Shown here: positions 52,357 through 63,045 of the stretch, one piece after another
Position numbering within the stretch: position 1 is the stretch's first letter
Layout: each line of letters opens with the position of its first letter
From: Corallochytrium limacisporum Hawaii
Taxonomy: Eukaryota > Protista > Pluriformea
Direction of reading: 5' to 3'
DNA length: 63,448 nt
NCBI GenBank assembly: GCA_002811645.1
Contig: PDIP01000107.1
Span: 1 to 63,448, forward strand
Made by a program: the position numbers and the translations under genes
The notes under the pieces: generated by a model
Told to the model about the DNA's origin: nothing
Seen by the model: the letters and a program-made list of their open reading frames with translations, nothing else
Databases searched by the model: none

Positions 52357-53408
52357 ACTGGATCCTGCTTTCCTTGTGATTTCTTTAACTTTAGTCTGAT
52401 AAGTGAAAGCTTAACAAATTCAAGAAAGATGTGTTGCTGATAAATGACTAAGTGATACAATGTCGAAGTCTTCACCACATTGTGACTAATGAGGAACAGC
52501 TATCGAGTCCCGGAAGATAGTTGTTATTGGCTATCGCTTTCTGGTCGTTCACACGCTTAACACAGATTGACCTCCGCACCACTGTTCATACACAGGATCT
52601 ATTCGTGAACTACCTAAAGCACATGGGACTCATGGATCTGATCATCATTGAAGGAATTTCTCTTGCGCACAACGCGCAAACCGCAACCAAACCCGTGACC
52701 TGGTAGCACCCGTTGGAACTTCAATCAACCCAAACAAGAACTTGGACCCTGATTGGGTTCCCACTGAACACGAGACCCAAAGAAGCTGCAGTCTGTGTAA
52801 TGTAAAGCGAGTGACCGGTCCGGCCCACCGTGCAGAGGTTCCGAAAATCCGGGCGCCCACATTGCCTACGTTTAAATTTGGCGCAGCGTGACACTCACAC
52901 ACACCCGTCTTCTCCTCGCCCCCTCCCTTCACCCTACCGCAAGACGGGACAGGCCCAATCTGGCTCCTTACAGCCCAAGCAATGAGGGAAGGGGAGGGCC
53001 GCAAGAGCCAAGCCGCGTTTTCGGTCCGCTGGCTAACGGTCACCCCACTGGGCCCCTTTTTTCTCATTCATTCTTCCCAGGAGAGAAATGGAGAGGAGGA
53101 GGGGGGGGGGCAGGCAACAACCCGACTTCGAGGACACACGGTGGTGACAACGGCAGACACGCTGAGACCCCCCCCCCCAAGGCGAGGTGGAGAAGTGAGA
53201 GAGCGGACGGATTTAGAGGCCGTGAAAGGGAGAGGACGGGAGGGGAGGGAGACCCACACATTTATTACCGTTCGTTTTACTACTGAAAACTCTCCGCCCC
53301 TTCCACCGCCACAAACAAGGGAGAAATCAAAATCCACAAATAAAATACAATCACACGGAATAAATAAACACACCGTTGCGAATAATTGATTTGTTTCTCT
53401 GTAAATCC

Positions 53409-53900
53409 TTATAATCCAAGGGAACCGCGCACGGTCTGCTGGACCCTCCGCTTGAAGCCCTCGTAGTCCTCCCGGAACTGTTTGCTGGCGTCTATATTGG
53501 CGCCCGATTCGTCGTTTGGTTCGGCCAACATGCTCATGACACTGATAAGGACTTTCTCGATGCTTTGTACTGGGCTCCAACGCTCTGATGTGAGTTCGTA
53601 TCCCAAGGGATCGTCCCCTGGTGGATGCAGGATAGAGATGCAGACGCGTCCGTCCTTGTATATATTTGGGTGCCACATTTGACACGTGAATTTCATGTCT
53701 GGTGGCGTCATTGGATAATCTTTGGGAAACTTCATCGTCGCAGGGAAAAGTCCACCTTCATACGGTGTGCCGTCCGGACCCGGAATCAACACCTCCCAGG
53801 TGAAGAAGTCTTCCTCGCTCACGGGCCCGGCGACCACACCAGCCGGTGGATCGGTGACCAACTCTTTATACTCTTGCATTAGCCGTTTCAGTGCGGACAT
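53409..53900 (-). CDS. UBE2G2: Ubiquitin-conjugating enzyme E2 G2 / Ubc7 (ERAD)
   Basis: ALKRLMQEY, HPNIY.DGRVCISILH, acidic loop PGDDPLGYE, ERWSPVQSIEK. Confidence 0.97.
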   Translation of the reverse strand: MSALKRLMQEYKELVTDPPAGVVAGPVSEEDFFTWEVLIPGPDGTPYEGGLFPATMKFPKDYPMTPPDMKFTCQMWHPNIYKDGRVCISILHPPGDDPLGYELTSERWSPVQSIEKVLISVMSMLAEPNDESGANIDASKQFREDYEGFKRRVQQTVRGSLGL

Positions 53901-55126
53901 GATGAATTTCTAATAATTATATAGTACAAACTATTTCTAATTTAAACTATTGTCACACAATGACTACATGGTCTAGTTTTCCCCTAAGTTCTTTAATGTC
54001 TCGGTCACCCCGACGCGTGCAACTCCGTCACTATTGCCAAACTCGAAGTTCTTCAGTCAAGTATTTGCTATGTAAATACCAGCCGTGGATCATAAAATTT
54101 GCATATCAAAACGTTTTTACTACCCTCAATGTGATCCGAATAAAGTGGCAGGAAACGAAGGAAAAGCACGCCATCTCTGTGCTCCCGAAGCGCTACGTTG
54201 CCGGAGTTGGCCCACCACCACCGGCCCCCCCCCCAAAAACCGGTCCACGGGCAAACACCTCTCCGGGAGACCCGACAGATTGGGTACATCTCCAGAAATT
54301 TAGGCCCCCGTCACAAAGCAAGAAAATAGGCCCCTGTTTCAATGACACCTTAGTGAAAGTACGGCGGCCTGCCACACACTGCGCAGAGGGGAAGCGGGGG
54401 AGAGACGGTGGATGTGCGAAGGTTTGGGCAGGGGGGGGGTAAATCGGGGAGAGGAGAAGGCAGGAAAAACTGCAGCCAGTTCGGACGCGGGATGGGACTG
54501 CACCCCGGTGCGACGGGGCCCGGATTTCAGTACTGAATGAATGGGCACCAACGCTACGATGTGGCTGCCTGTAGGGTGGATAATGGGGGGTTGTCCTCCG
54601 GGTATGTCAATGGCCACACTGAGGAGCAGTGATCACAGTGGCGTTTTCGAAGGCATCGAATGTACAAGGAAGCAAGAGCTATTCAAAAAACGAGAAATTA
54701 TGTACTAAAGTGTGATAGCAAAGATCTGACAGGAAGAATTTTTCGAGAATTCAAACAAGCAATGGGTTGTAGCGGATGAAAGTGTTCCGATCACTGACCC
54801 GGCTCCTGCCAAAGAGAACGGCACGGCACCGAGGTCTGGGAGGTCGTCACAGCTCTGCAGGACAGCAATGGAGGCGATGACAGTGATCTATGGCACCTTG
54901 CTCTCGGCGGGTTGAACGCCAGGGATTCGGTAGGAGGGGACAAGAACGTTGCGGCGCTCCGCGACGCCGCCTTGGAAGAATTGAGTAGGAAAGCCAAGGA
55001 AAGGATTGTAATCAACAAAATAGCTGCGGACTGCCGTGCAGCTCGAGCACACCTCGCTGCAGACCGCGAGCAGTACCGCAGAACGCATGTGCACTATGGA
55101 GACGGTCGAATCAGCTGAAGAGAGTG

Positions 55127-55168
55127 ATGGCTTCATGCGTCCCGCCCATGGCTTGATGCGTCCCGCCC
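55127..55168 (+). repeat. 21-nt tandem duplication
   Basis: atggcttcatgcgtcccgccc / atggcttgatgcgtcccgccc, 1 mismatch. Confidence 0.9.
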
Positions 55169-55757
55169 TCTGTTCTGTCTCTGTGCCTCACGGCGCCTCT
55201 TCGCAAATTCAAGACTGCCAAAAGTACATGTCATCATCAAGTTCATACAATATAGAACATGTAGGGTACCTACCATGAAATGGGACCCAGGTTCACATCG
55301 TGCATGCTCGCAACTATGTTTCATGCCAGCCACAAGACGACTCCCCCCCCCCCGGGGGGCAAAACGAAGACGAAATATTCTCTGATTACATATTCAACAA
55401 ATATTTAAGAAATACCCCGTCGGCGACACTCTGGAATGCGCAACTCCTCTGTGGTACTTTTTGTATGGGGAAATATACCAGTACGAGGCCCGTCAAAAAG
55501 TGTGCGCAGGATAGTGACGGCGACTGCCACCCAAAAAGAGCGGACTTCTATGGATCAGAGAGACAGGATCAACAAAGATTGAGATGTGATTTAAGTAGAT
55601 CTGCTAAGGTAGATGTAATGATGATCTATACATGCTGATACGAAGTAAGAGTTTGATATGACGGCGAAAGTTCCAAGAACTGGAGTGGCCGTCGTGAAAA
55701 TTCACTACTTGGCTCTCTCCTCGACATATCGACAGGTCACGCACCATCGCACCCATA

Positions 55758-57416
55758 TTAAAGGGAATCTGCAGTGCCAGGGCCATCGCTTGTCGGCGAC
55801 TCCGGCGGCCGGATCAGACCTGCAATAAACGGAAACGGCATGCCGTGAGAGGGACCGGAACCGGAGCCACTGCCACTCTGGCCGTGACCAAGAGGGCCGG
55901 TGTGGATCATGACACCGGAGCCCTGCCCGCTGCGACTAGTACTGTTCTGTTGGGAAGCAGGCTGCTCACCTCCTGCACTGCCAGAGTGAGATGTAGAGTT
56001 ACTCGAGCTGACAACAATCCCTTCTTGAATTGAGGCCGGATTGTGCTCATGCTCGGCCATCCACTGAGAAACTAGCATCTGGGCTGGAGACGGCAAGAGA
56101 CTGTAGGTGCACTGCAACTTTACCAGGCGGTAGATGGTGGCAATGGCACGACGGCTGACGTAGAGGTCAAACTTAATCTCCTGTAGCAACTCCAGTTCCA
56201 GGTGGTTCAATTCTTCCACTGGCAGACCACCAATCTTGGCGTAATGGCTGTTGGTGAAGTACCGATCCTGGCTCCACTTGCAGGCAATCACGAAGGCGGT
56301 AATGGCCAGACGATGGACATTGTATAGAGTGGCCACCATGCTCGGATTCGCCTGCAGCGCACGGTCAAAGTAAATCAGGATGTACAGGTACACATCCGCA
56401 GTACAGGGCGCATATCTCGCAAAGCGTCTCATATAGTTCAGAATGTCAATGGAAGGAATGCAACTTGAGTGGAAATGGGTCACGTACCGATCAGTAGGCA
56501 GACCAGACCGTTGGTTGACCATGACTACATACTTAATCACGTTCACTACCATCTCCAAAACACAGTACACTGGTTCTTCACCTAGCTCCTTAAGCACCTC
56601 CTCAACTTCTGCATCCGTCAGCTCCTTCTTGAGCGAGTCCAAAGGGGCCACGTCCTGCGGGCCGCTCTCAATGCCGCTCATGGCGGAGTTGTTCATCTCA
56701 TCAGCATCCATGGGATCCGAGTCTCGGGTGTTGCGCCTCGGCATGCTAGGTGAATCATTTCCTACAAGCACCATGTCTGCTCCTTCTTGCTCCTGTTTCT
56801 GCTGGCGCTCTGTGTATGTCTGTGCCTGTTGTTGCTGTTGCTGCTGCTCTTGTTGTAGTTGTTGTGCTGTAAATTGCTCGTGTGCCTGGTTTAGGGTAGT
56901 CTCAACGCCAATCTGTACATCTGCTGAGGTCGATGCGTCCACTTGCCGAGGTCCCTGAGATTCGTTTCGCCTCTTTGCAGGAGTTTGAATACGGGCTGCC
57001 TCCTCTTCGCCATACGATAGAAGTCGGCGCTTTTGCGTGCCTGCTACGTATATTCCTGCAAGTTCCAGGCGAGTGGTTGGGTCCGAACACGCGTGCGGTG
57101 AGCGTGTGTGAAGTGGCTCTGAGCTTGAGTGCTGCGATCCAAACCCAAATAATCCGGTTTCAATCGGCAACGAGATTGCTTCCGCCTCCAGGACAACCGC
57201 CGACACCGAATTGTACCCGGAAGGCAAGTACCGCGGGGATCCGGACTGCTGGCTTCCCCGGGCGCTGCCTGTCCGCTTATACTCAGGGGTTTTGCGACCT
57301 GCTCTGCCAACGCGCCACCGACCTAAACTTCGCCTAATGTTTCTAAGCCTTCTGCTCGACGCCAAAAGACGTTGTCCGAAACTTTCTCTCTGTGAGACTG
57401 TTGAACTCGCCGCCAT
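55758..57416 (-). CDS. PHO80/PCL-like cyclin (cyclin U/P family) with long disordered flanks
   Basis: FH...IPSIDI..Y..R..RY, LIYFDR, NVHRL.IT...IACK...D.YFTN.HYAKIGGL...ELN.LE. First in-frame ATG at 57416 (frame is open from GTG 57527). Confidence 0.9.
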   Translation of the reverse strand: MAASSTVSQRESFGQRLLASSRRLRNIRRSLGRWRVGRAGRKTPEYKRTGSARGSQQSGSPRYLPSGYNSVSAVVLEAEAISLPIETGLFGFGSQHSSSEPLHTRSPHACSDPTTRLELAGIYVAGTQKRRLLSYGEEEAARIQTPAKRRNESQGPRQVDASTSADVQIGVETTLNQAHEQFTAQQLQQEQQQQQQQAQTYTERQQKQEQEGADMVLVGNDSPSMPRRNTRDSDPMDADEMNNSAMSGIESGPQDVAPLDSLKKELTDAEVEEVLKELGEEPVYCVLEMVVNVIKYVVMVNQRSGLPTDRYVTHFHSSCIPSIDILNYMRRFARYAPCTADVYLYILIYFDRALQANPSMVATLYNVHRLAITAFVIACKWSQDRYFTNSHYAKIGGLPVEELNHLELELLQEIKFDLYVSRRAIATIYRLVKLQCTYSLLPSPAQMLVSQWMAEHEHNPASIQEGIVVSSSNSTSHSGSAGGEQPASQQNSTSRSGQGSGVMIHTGPLGHGQSGSGSGSGPSHGMPFPFIAGLIRPPESPTSDGPGTADSL

Positions 57417-59099
57417 GAGCGTAGGTTCTCGTACACTGCGTGCTGTTCCAGTCCCCGATGTACTACTCACTGCTGGCGAGGACCAGTTTCTATTCCCCCT
57501 GATCCATACACAGCTGGCATGCGCCACAAGCTAAGCCATGAATAGTGGAGCGAAAGATCCTTGATAACCCTTTCTTGTGACTGTACAACACTATGGCAAA
57601 CCAAGTTGCTTATTTCACGCTGTAACTGTTTTCAATTTCCTTCCCAGGTGGTGCAATCTCTAAATGCAAGTATGAGATTTTACAATGAACCCGAACCAAC
57701 GGTTGATATGCAACACAAACCTGGTTTGTCAACGGTGTCTGAAATGATCACCTAAGATAATAATAAAGAAAACCCATCGGCCACACTTCATATAGCTGTT
57801 TGTGATATACCCTCTTAAACCAGTGGTCCCTTCAAATGATCCCCTTAGCCGGCTCCGTCCCATTTAATCCCCACAATATAGTCAAAGCGCACAGAAGAAT
57901 TCAAAGGAAAGGTATCGTTGCCCTGCCTTCGTTTTGTATACTCTTACTTGTGCGCACAAATGTCCCAAAGAAACAGACCGATTGCCGCAAAGTCCCCCCG
58001 TTTTGACACACACACACACACACACACACTCACTCACTCACTCTCTCTCGCAACCTGCACACACCCACAAACGTCCAAACCCGAAAAGCATTTGGGACCA
58101 TTGGCACCGCTAGTAGCAGTGTGACCTACCGCGGCGGCGACTCAGACCGCAGTATCACACCTACCCATCCATCACCGCCTTGCAGGATACACGAAAAATA
58201 TCATCGCCTCTCCTACTCTCTCATCCCCGATCCCGAACCCCCACGCCCTTTTTTCTTTTTTTTCAGACTTTTTTATTGGTTTTTTTGGGCCCTTTGACTT
58301 GGAGGCAGGTCTGAAGGGTACAAGAATGGGAGCCAAAAGGGGGAGAGAGGGGGGGATTCTGACCTTTTTTTTTAACCACACGGGCAGAAGGAGAAGGAAG
58401 GAGGGAGCCCCCCCCCTGCCGGGGGGGGGGCGGAAAGACGGGGTTCCCCCCACCACAGCCCTGGCCCCGTCGGAGGGGAGCGAGCAACGAGAGCGAGCTG
58501 GGGGAACTAGGAACAGGACACGAAGAATGCACAAGGAAAAGGGAAAAGGGGGAGGGAAGGAAGGAAGGGGGAGAAAGGCGGGCACGGGGAGAAGAGAGGG
58601 GGGAGGGAGAAGAAGAACGAGGAAAAGAATGAGTCGTGTATCTCTCTCTCTCTCTCTCTCTCTCTCCTCGTTTCGCCGCCCCCCTCCCAACACCCGCTCT
58701 CTTGGCCGGGGATAATATATCCACAATCAAAGCAAAAGAATAATGAAAGGTGGGGTTTGAATTTATAATCTCCTATAAAAGCATGGTCTCACTTTTCATC
58801 ATCAAACCCTTTTTTTGGTTAACCCCGGCACCTTGTCATAGAAAACAGTTGGCAACAGATGAGTGCGACCATATAAAGTCGAGGGCGGTCATATAGTTTT
58901 CTTGCTAATAAAAATCGTGGTAAAACTTATGGGAAGCTCGGGTCTTTCTTGTCAACAAAAGACGGAGACGTCATCCATACTTTTCAAATTCGATTTTCTT
59001 TCTGCGGGAAAGTATGTATTTCTCTCTTCCCTCTGCGGGGGGTCAATGAAGAATGTTTACAGTGAGCTGATGAGAAAATCACTGACAGACACACACAGA

Positions 59100-59104
<5 letters not shown>

Positions 59105-59172
<68 letters not shown>
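59105..59172. repeat. (GA)n microsatellite
   Basis: About 34 GA units. Confidence 0.95.
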
Positions 59173-59175
<3 letters not shown>

Positions 59176-62100
59176 TCTTTAGTGCTAGCGGCGTAAAGGG
59201 TGGTTCCCTGTGTCCCATTGCGCACCTTTGTGACAGCCGTTACGTGCTAGGTGTGTTTGGTACTTTCCTCCGTACCCACCCCATGGCAAATGATTACCCC
59301 CCCGCCCCCCTCTTCAATTGAGCGCACCAGACAAATGGGGGACTTGTTGTAAATATCTCAGGTCCATATCTGTATGTCCGATCTCGACGGCAGGGGCCTT
59401 TGTTCCTTTTTGTTTTGTTTCTTGTTGTACTTTTTTCATTCGTCCTCGGTTTGGGTTCTGTTTTTTTTTCTTTTTGCGGCACACGAGCCCTGTCTAGTAC
59501 CAAGCGGCGGTTTTCTCGGAAACCGATATCCCCCCTTTTGCTCGGGAATTCGTATACATATATTGGCGGCGGAGGGTGGGTAAGGGGAGAAACAGAGTGG
59601 GAGAGAGAGGACGGGGGGAGGAGAGAGAGCCCCCCGCGGGGGGGGGAGTGGGCCTCGGGAAAATGGACCGATGTCCCTTGGTTTGCTTTTATTTTTTTGA
59701 AGTGGGGGAGGGGAGGGGGGCGGCTCTCCTTGTTAAATTGACACTACGCGATGAGACGGACAGACAACACGGGCAGGGCACGGTGCTGTGGGGTGGCGGG
59801 ACACGCGGCAAGGTCATCCATCAGACGCCCTCCAATTGAAAGAACAAAAAGGAGAGAAATAAAGGACGGAAGATAAAGATTTTCAGTCTGTGCAGTGTGA
59901 CGGAGAAGGCAAGACCAGAGTACCGGATGCCTATCAGTTCTGGTTTTGTTTTCTTGTGATTGCTTGTTTTACCATTGCGGGAGGTGCCGGGCCGGCGTGG
60001 CTGCGGTCTAGTCTGAGAGAAGGCTAGCCAATTTCTCTTGCCCAGAATTAAGTACATTCACTACCAAAAATCTTGCTTCCTTTATTTTCCCTGCGTAGTT
60101 TCAATTTCTCTTGAGGATTTCACTTCCGTACAGTCCCCGTCATTCTCCCCTCTCTTCCTCACATCCTCTCCTCATTCCCCATATATTTATCATAGGGAAA
60201 AGGGTTCCCCTTGTTCTGAGCGTGGATTATTCCGATGACCTCCTCCCCACCCACCACCCCACCCCGGCCCGCCACCTCCTCCGTCGGTATGTGCCCGCTT
60301 TCCTTTCCGACGGTGTCAAACAGGATTTTGTCCCCCCATCAAGGAAATGGGGGACGGACTTTTATAGCCTCAGTGTGTCATTTTTGTCCCTTTTCCTTAC
60401 CGTTTTCTATTTTTTTTTTTTTTGGTTTGGTCCTGGGCAGGAGAAGTATTTTTTATATGCCCGCTGAGGACGGATGGGTGACAGACAGTCCCGGGCAAGA
60501 CCTGCGAAAGGTTTGTGCGGTCGCGCGCGCATTTTCCAACTTCCCCGCCCCAGAAGGGGGGGGGGAGTTTTTTGGTTCCCCCCAGGGCGGTGGTAGTAAG
60601 GGAGGGGGNNNNNNNNNNNNNNNNNNNNNNNNNNNNNNNNNNNNNNNNNNNNNNNNNNNNNNNNNNNNNNNNNNNNNNNNNNNNNNNNNNNNNNNNNNNN
60701 NNNNNNNNNNNNNNNNNNNNNNNNNNNNNNNNNNNNNNNNNNNNNNNNNNNNNNNNNNNNNNNNNNNNNNNNNNNNNNNNNNNNNNNNNNNNNNNNNNNN
60801 NNNNNNNNNNNNNNNNNNNNNNNNNNNNNNNNNNNNNNNNNNNNNNNNNNNNNNNNNNNNNNNNNNNNNNNNNNNNNNNNNNNNNNNNNNNNNNNNNNNN
60901 NNNNNNAAAGAGTTAAGTTTGTCTCCCCATCAAAACCCGCGTTTTTTACGTCTTGCGTAATTTTTCTATTTAGTTTGCCAAAAAAAAAGAAAAGTGCCTG
61001 CACGCAATTCTTCTCCTCAGGTGTTATTCTTAATGAATGTATGGGCAGTGTTATCCAGACAGGCACGGACGAGTTAAAAGCAGAAAGCAGTGAACCAAAT
61101 TCGGAGAGAGAGAGAGACACAGAGAGAGAGTGTGTGTGTCTGTGACAGGGAGCAGGTGGGAAGAAGAAAACAATGTGAATGTGCTACTATAGAACTATTT
61201 CATGGTTTTGCTAGGAGACAAACTTAACTCTTTGCTAAGCGTGGTGAGTTATTTGGTGAGGCGACAGTCAATCGCCAACTCTGTCAACTCTTATCGTCTT
61301 CTCCGGCAGCCGAGCCGTGAGTATGGGTTTCCCGTTCCCCCGGTCCCGATCGCTCGCGGTCGTGCGTCTGTAAAGTGCAGATTCCGAAATCTGCGTGAGG
61401 ACCCCCGGGTTGTTGTTGGCTTGCGATCCCTGAAATAGCTTTCCTTTCATGTGTGAGCGGGCACCCTCTCGAGGATGTTTGGGGGGAGGGGAGGGGCCAT
61501 CAAAATAACTCAGTACATTCAGTACTCTGCACAACGGGAATCTGTTTTGATTCGGGAGTCCGTTTTCCCCGTGGTGGTACCTCCCCTGAGCCCCCCTTCT
61601 AAGAATTTGGTAGTTGCACTGCAGCGGGTCTTAGGGGTGTGGGTGTGCAAGACCTGAGCAAGACAACAGCATCATTTCCATCCTGGACCCAACCCTTGTT
61701 TTAAATCCCCTTTGCATTCCATTACCATGTCGATCCATTAGCTAGCAATCTGTATGCGCTAACCTCTGCGGGATACTGGGATGAAATCCACTGCACGACC
61801 TAATTATTCGCAACAAGACAACAAGCACGCAAGCAAAGCCTACACTTGGAGTGAAGTGATTGGCCTCACCAACTCCTCGGCTGTGATGGCTCCCGCGGGA
61901 CTGGTCCAAGCAGTTTTCAGGAAACAGGTGGTCCCCATGTGAACATATTGACCGGGTAGTAAGCACAACACCGAACAATCTGTGTCCACCACCGCCTCTT
62001 TCCTCCTCACTGCCTCTCGCCGCCGCTTTTTGGTTATTTTTTATTTTTTGGTTGCTCTTCCCTACCGTGGGTCCTCCTCCTCCTCCTCCCCCTCAATCCC

Positions 62101-62709
62101 ATCCCACCTTCCGCCCCGGAACAAGGCCTACCGGGCCGCTTCCTGCACTTCCCACCGCCACCGCCCCCACTTCCCGCCTAAATCTCTCAGTCCCCCCCCC
62201 CCCCCAACTTCACTCTGACTCTTCATCGCTCTGTCTCTCTGTCTGTCACGGCTATTTCGGCGGTCTGCGCTGGCGAGTTTTTTTGTCTTTTACTTTTTTT
62301 ATAGCCCTCTCTCCCTGTCTCTCACTCCCAGGTCTCACTCCGATTCCTCACACGCGCCCCCATCCCCGGTGCCATGTTTGGAGGTTTGTAGTTTGGTCGC
62401 GCGTTTCCCCGAAGAAAAAAGTCCTGACGTTGCCTGTGCGCATTGACGTACGCAACCGAACACATGTTGAGGTGTTTCGTTATTGGTGTTCACGTTCCCC
62501 GCTGGCTGTCGACACAGATATGGTTTTTACTTCACCCCTTTGGTCACGCTGCCTGATTCTTGGGCGACACGGCTGTGCTATGCCTCCCAATGGTGGCTGG
62601 TTGTGAATTGGGCCGCCGGTTCAACGGCGGTTCCCGTTTGCGGCTGACTATGTGGAATAACGCGCGATGATTTTAGTTCAGCCCGCTGCACACTGCAAGG
62701 CATGCATAA

Positions 62710-63045
62710 TCAGACATGGTCCAACGCATACTCATAACTGCTATTAGCCATGTTCACCTTGCCTAACCACGAACACAAATGAATCATGGCCCAAACTGGG
62801 AAGCTTGTTTGGGGCATGGTGTCACGCCTTGGTCTCATCATTGTGATGATTGATGCTGATGCGAATGCTCCAAGCAGAACATAGTAGATGACCAGAAACT
62901 TTCCACACCGCAACTGGCAACAGAAGAGCGGGACGATGTCGATGATGGGTCGATCCATGATGCTAATCGAATTGCGAAGCAAAGCGCCGGTGGCACCGAT
63001 AGTGTTGTGCACGGGAACTTGGCCGATTAAGGCGAATGGGTTCAT
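62710..63045 (-). CDS. Possible small hydrophobic protein or relic ORF
   Basis: 111-aa ATG ORF in non-repetitive sequence with one hydrophobic stretch, ~160 bp from the C8G9 element. No homology recognised. Confidence 0.2.
   Translation of the reverse strand: MNPFALIGQVPVHNTIGATGALLRNSISIMDRPIIDIVPLFCCQLRCGKFLVIYYVLLGAFASASIITMMRPRRDTMPQTSFPVWAMIHLCSWLGKVNMANSSYEYALDHV

Noticed and set aside
55618-55685. Box C (ATGATGA) followed by CTGA, snoRNA-like; another C box near 20008
   Set aside because: No properly spaced terminal D box, terminal stem or recognisable rRNA guide sequence.
6329-57416. Stop-codon reassignment in the nuclear code
   Set aside because: TAA and TGA terminate conserved proteins at expected positions, TAG ends three genes, and no conserved domain is interrupted by a stop.
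12313-62450. TGACGT (CRE/UPRE-like) sites in several spacers, e.g. 12313, 14852, 38923, 62425
   Set aside because: The count is no higher than expected for a 6-mer in this much intergenic DNA.
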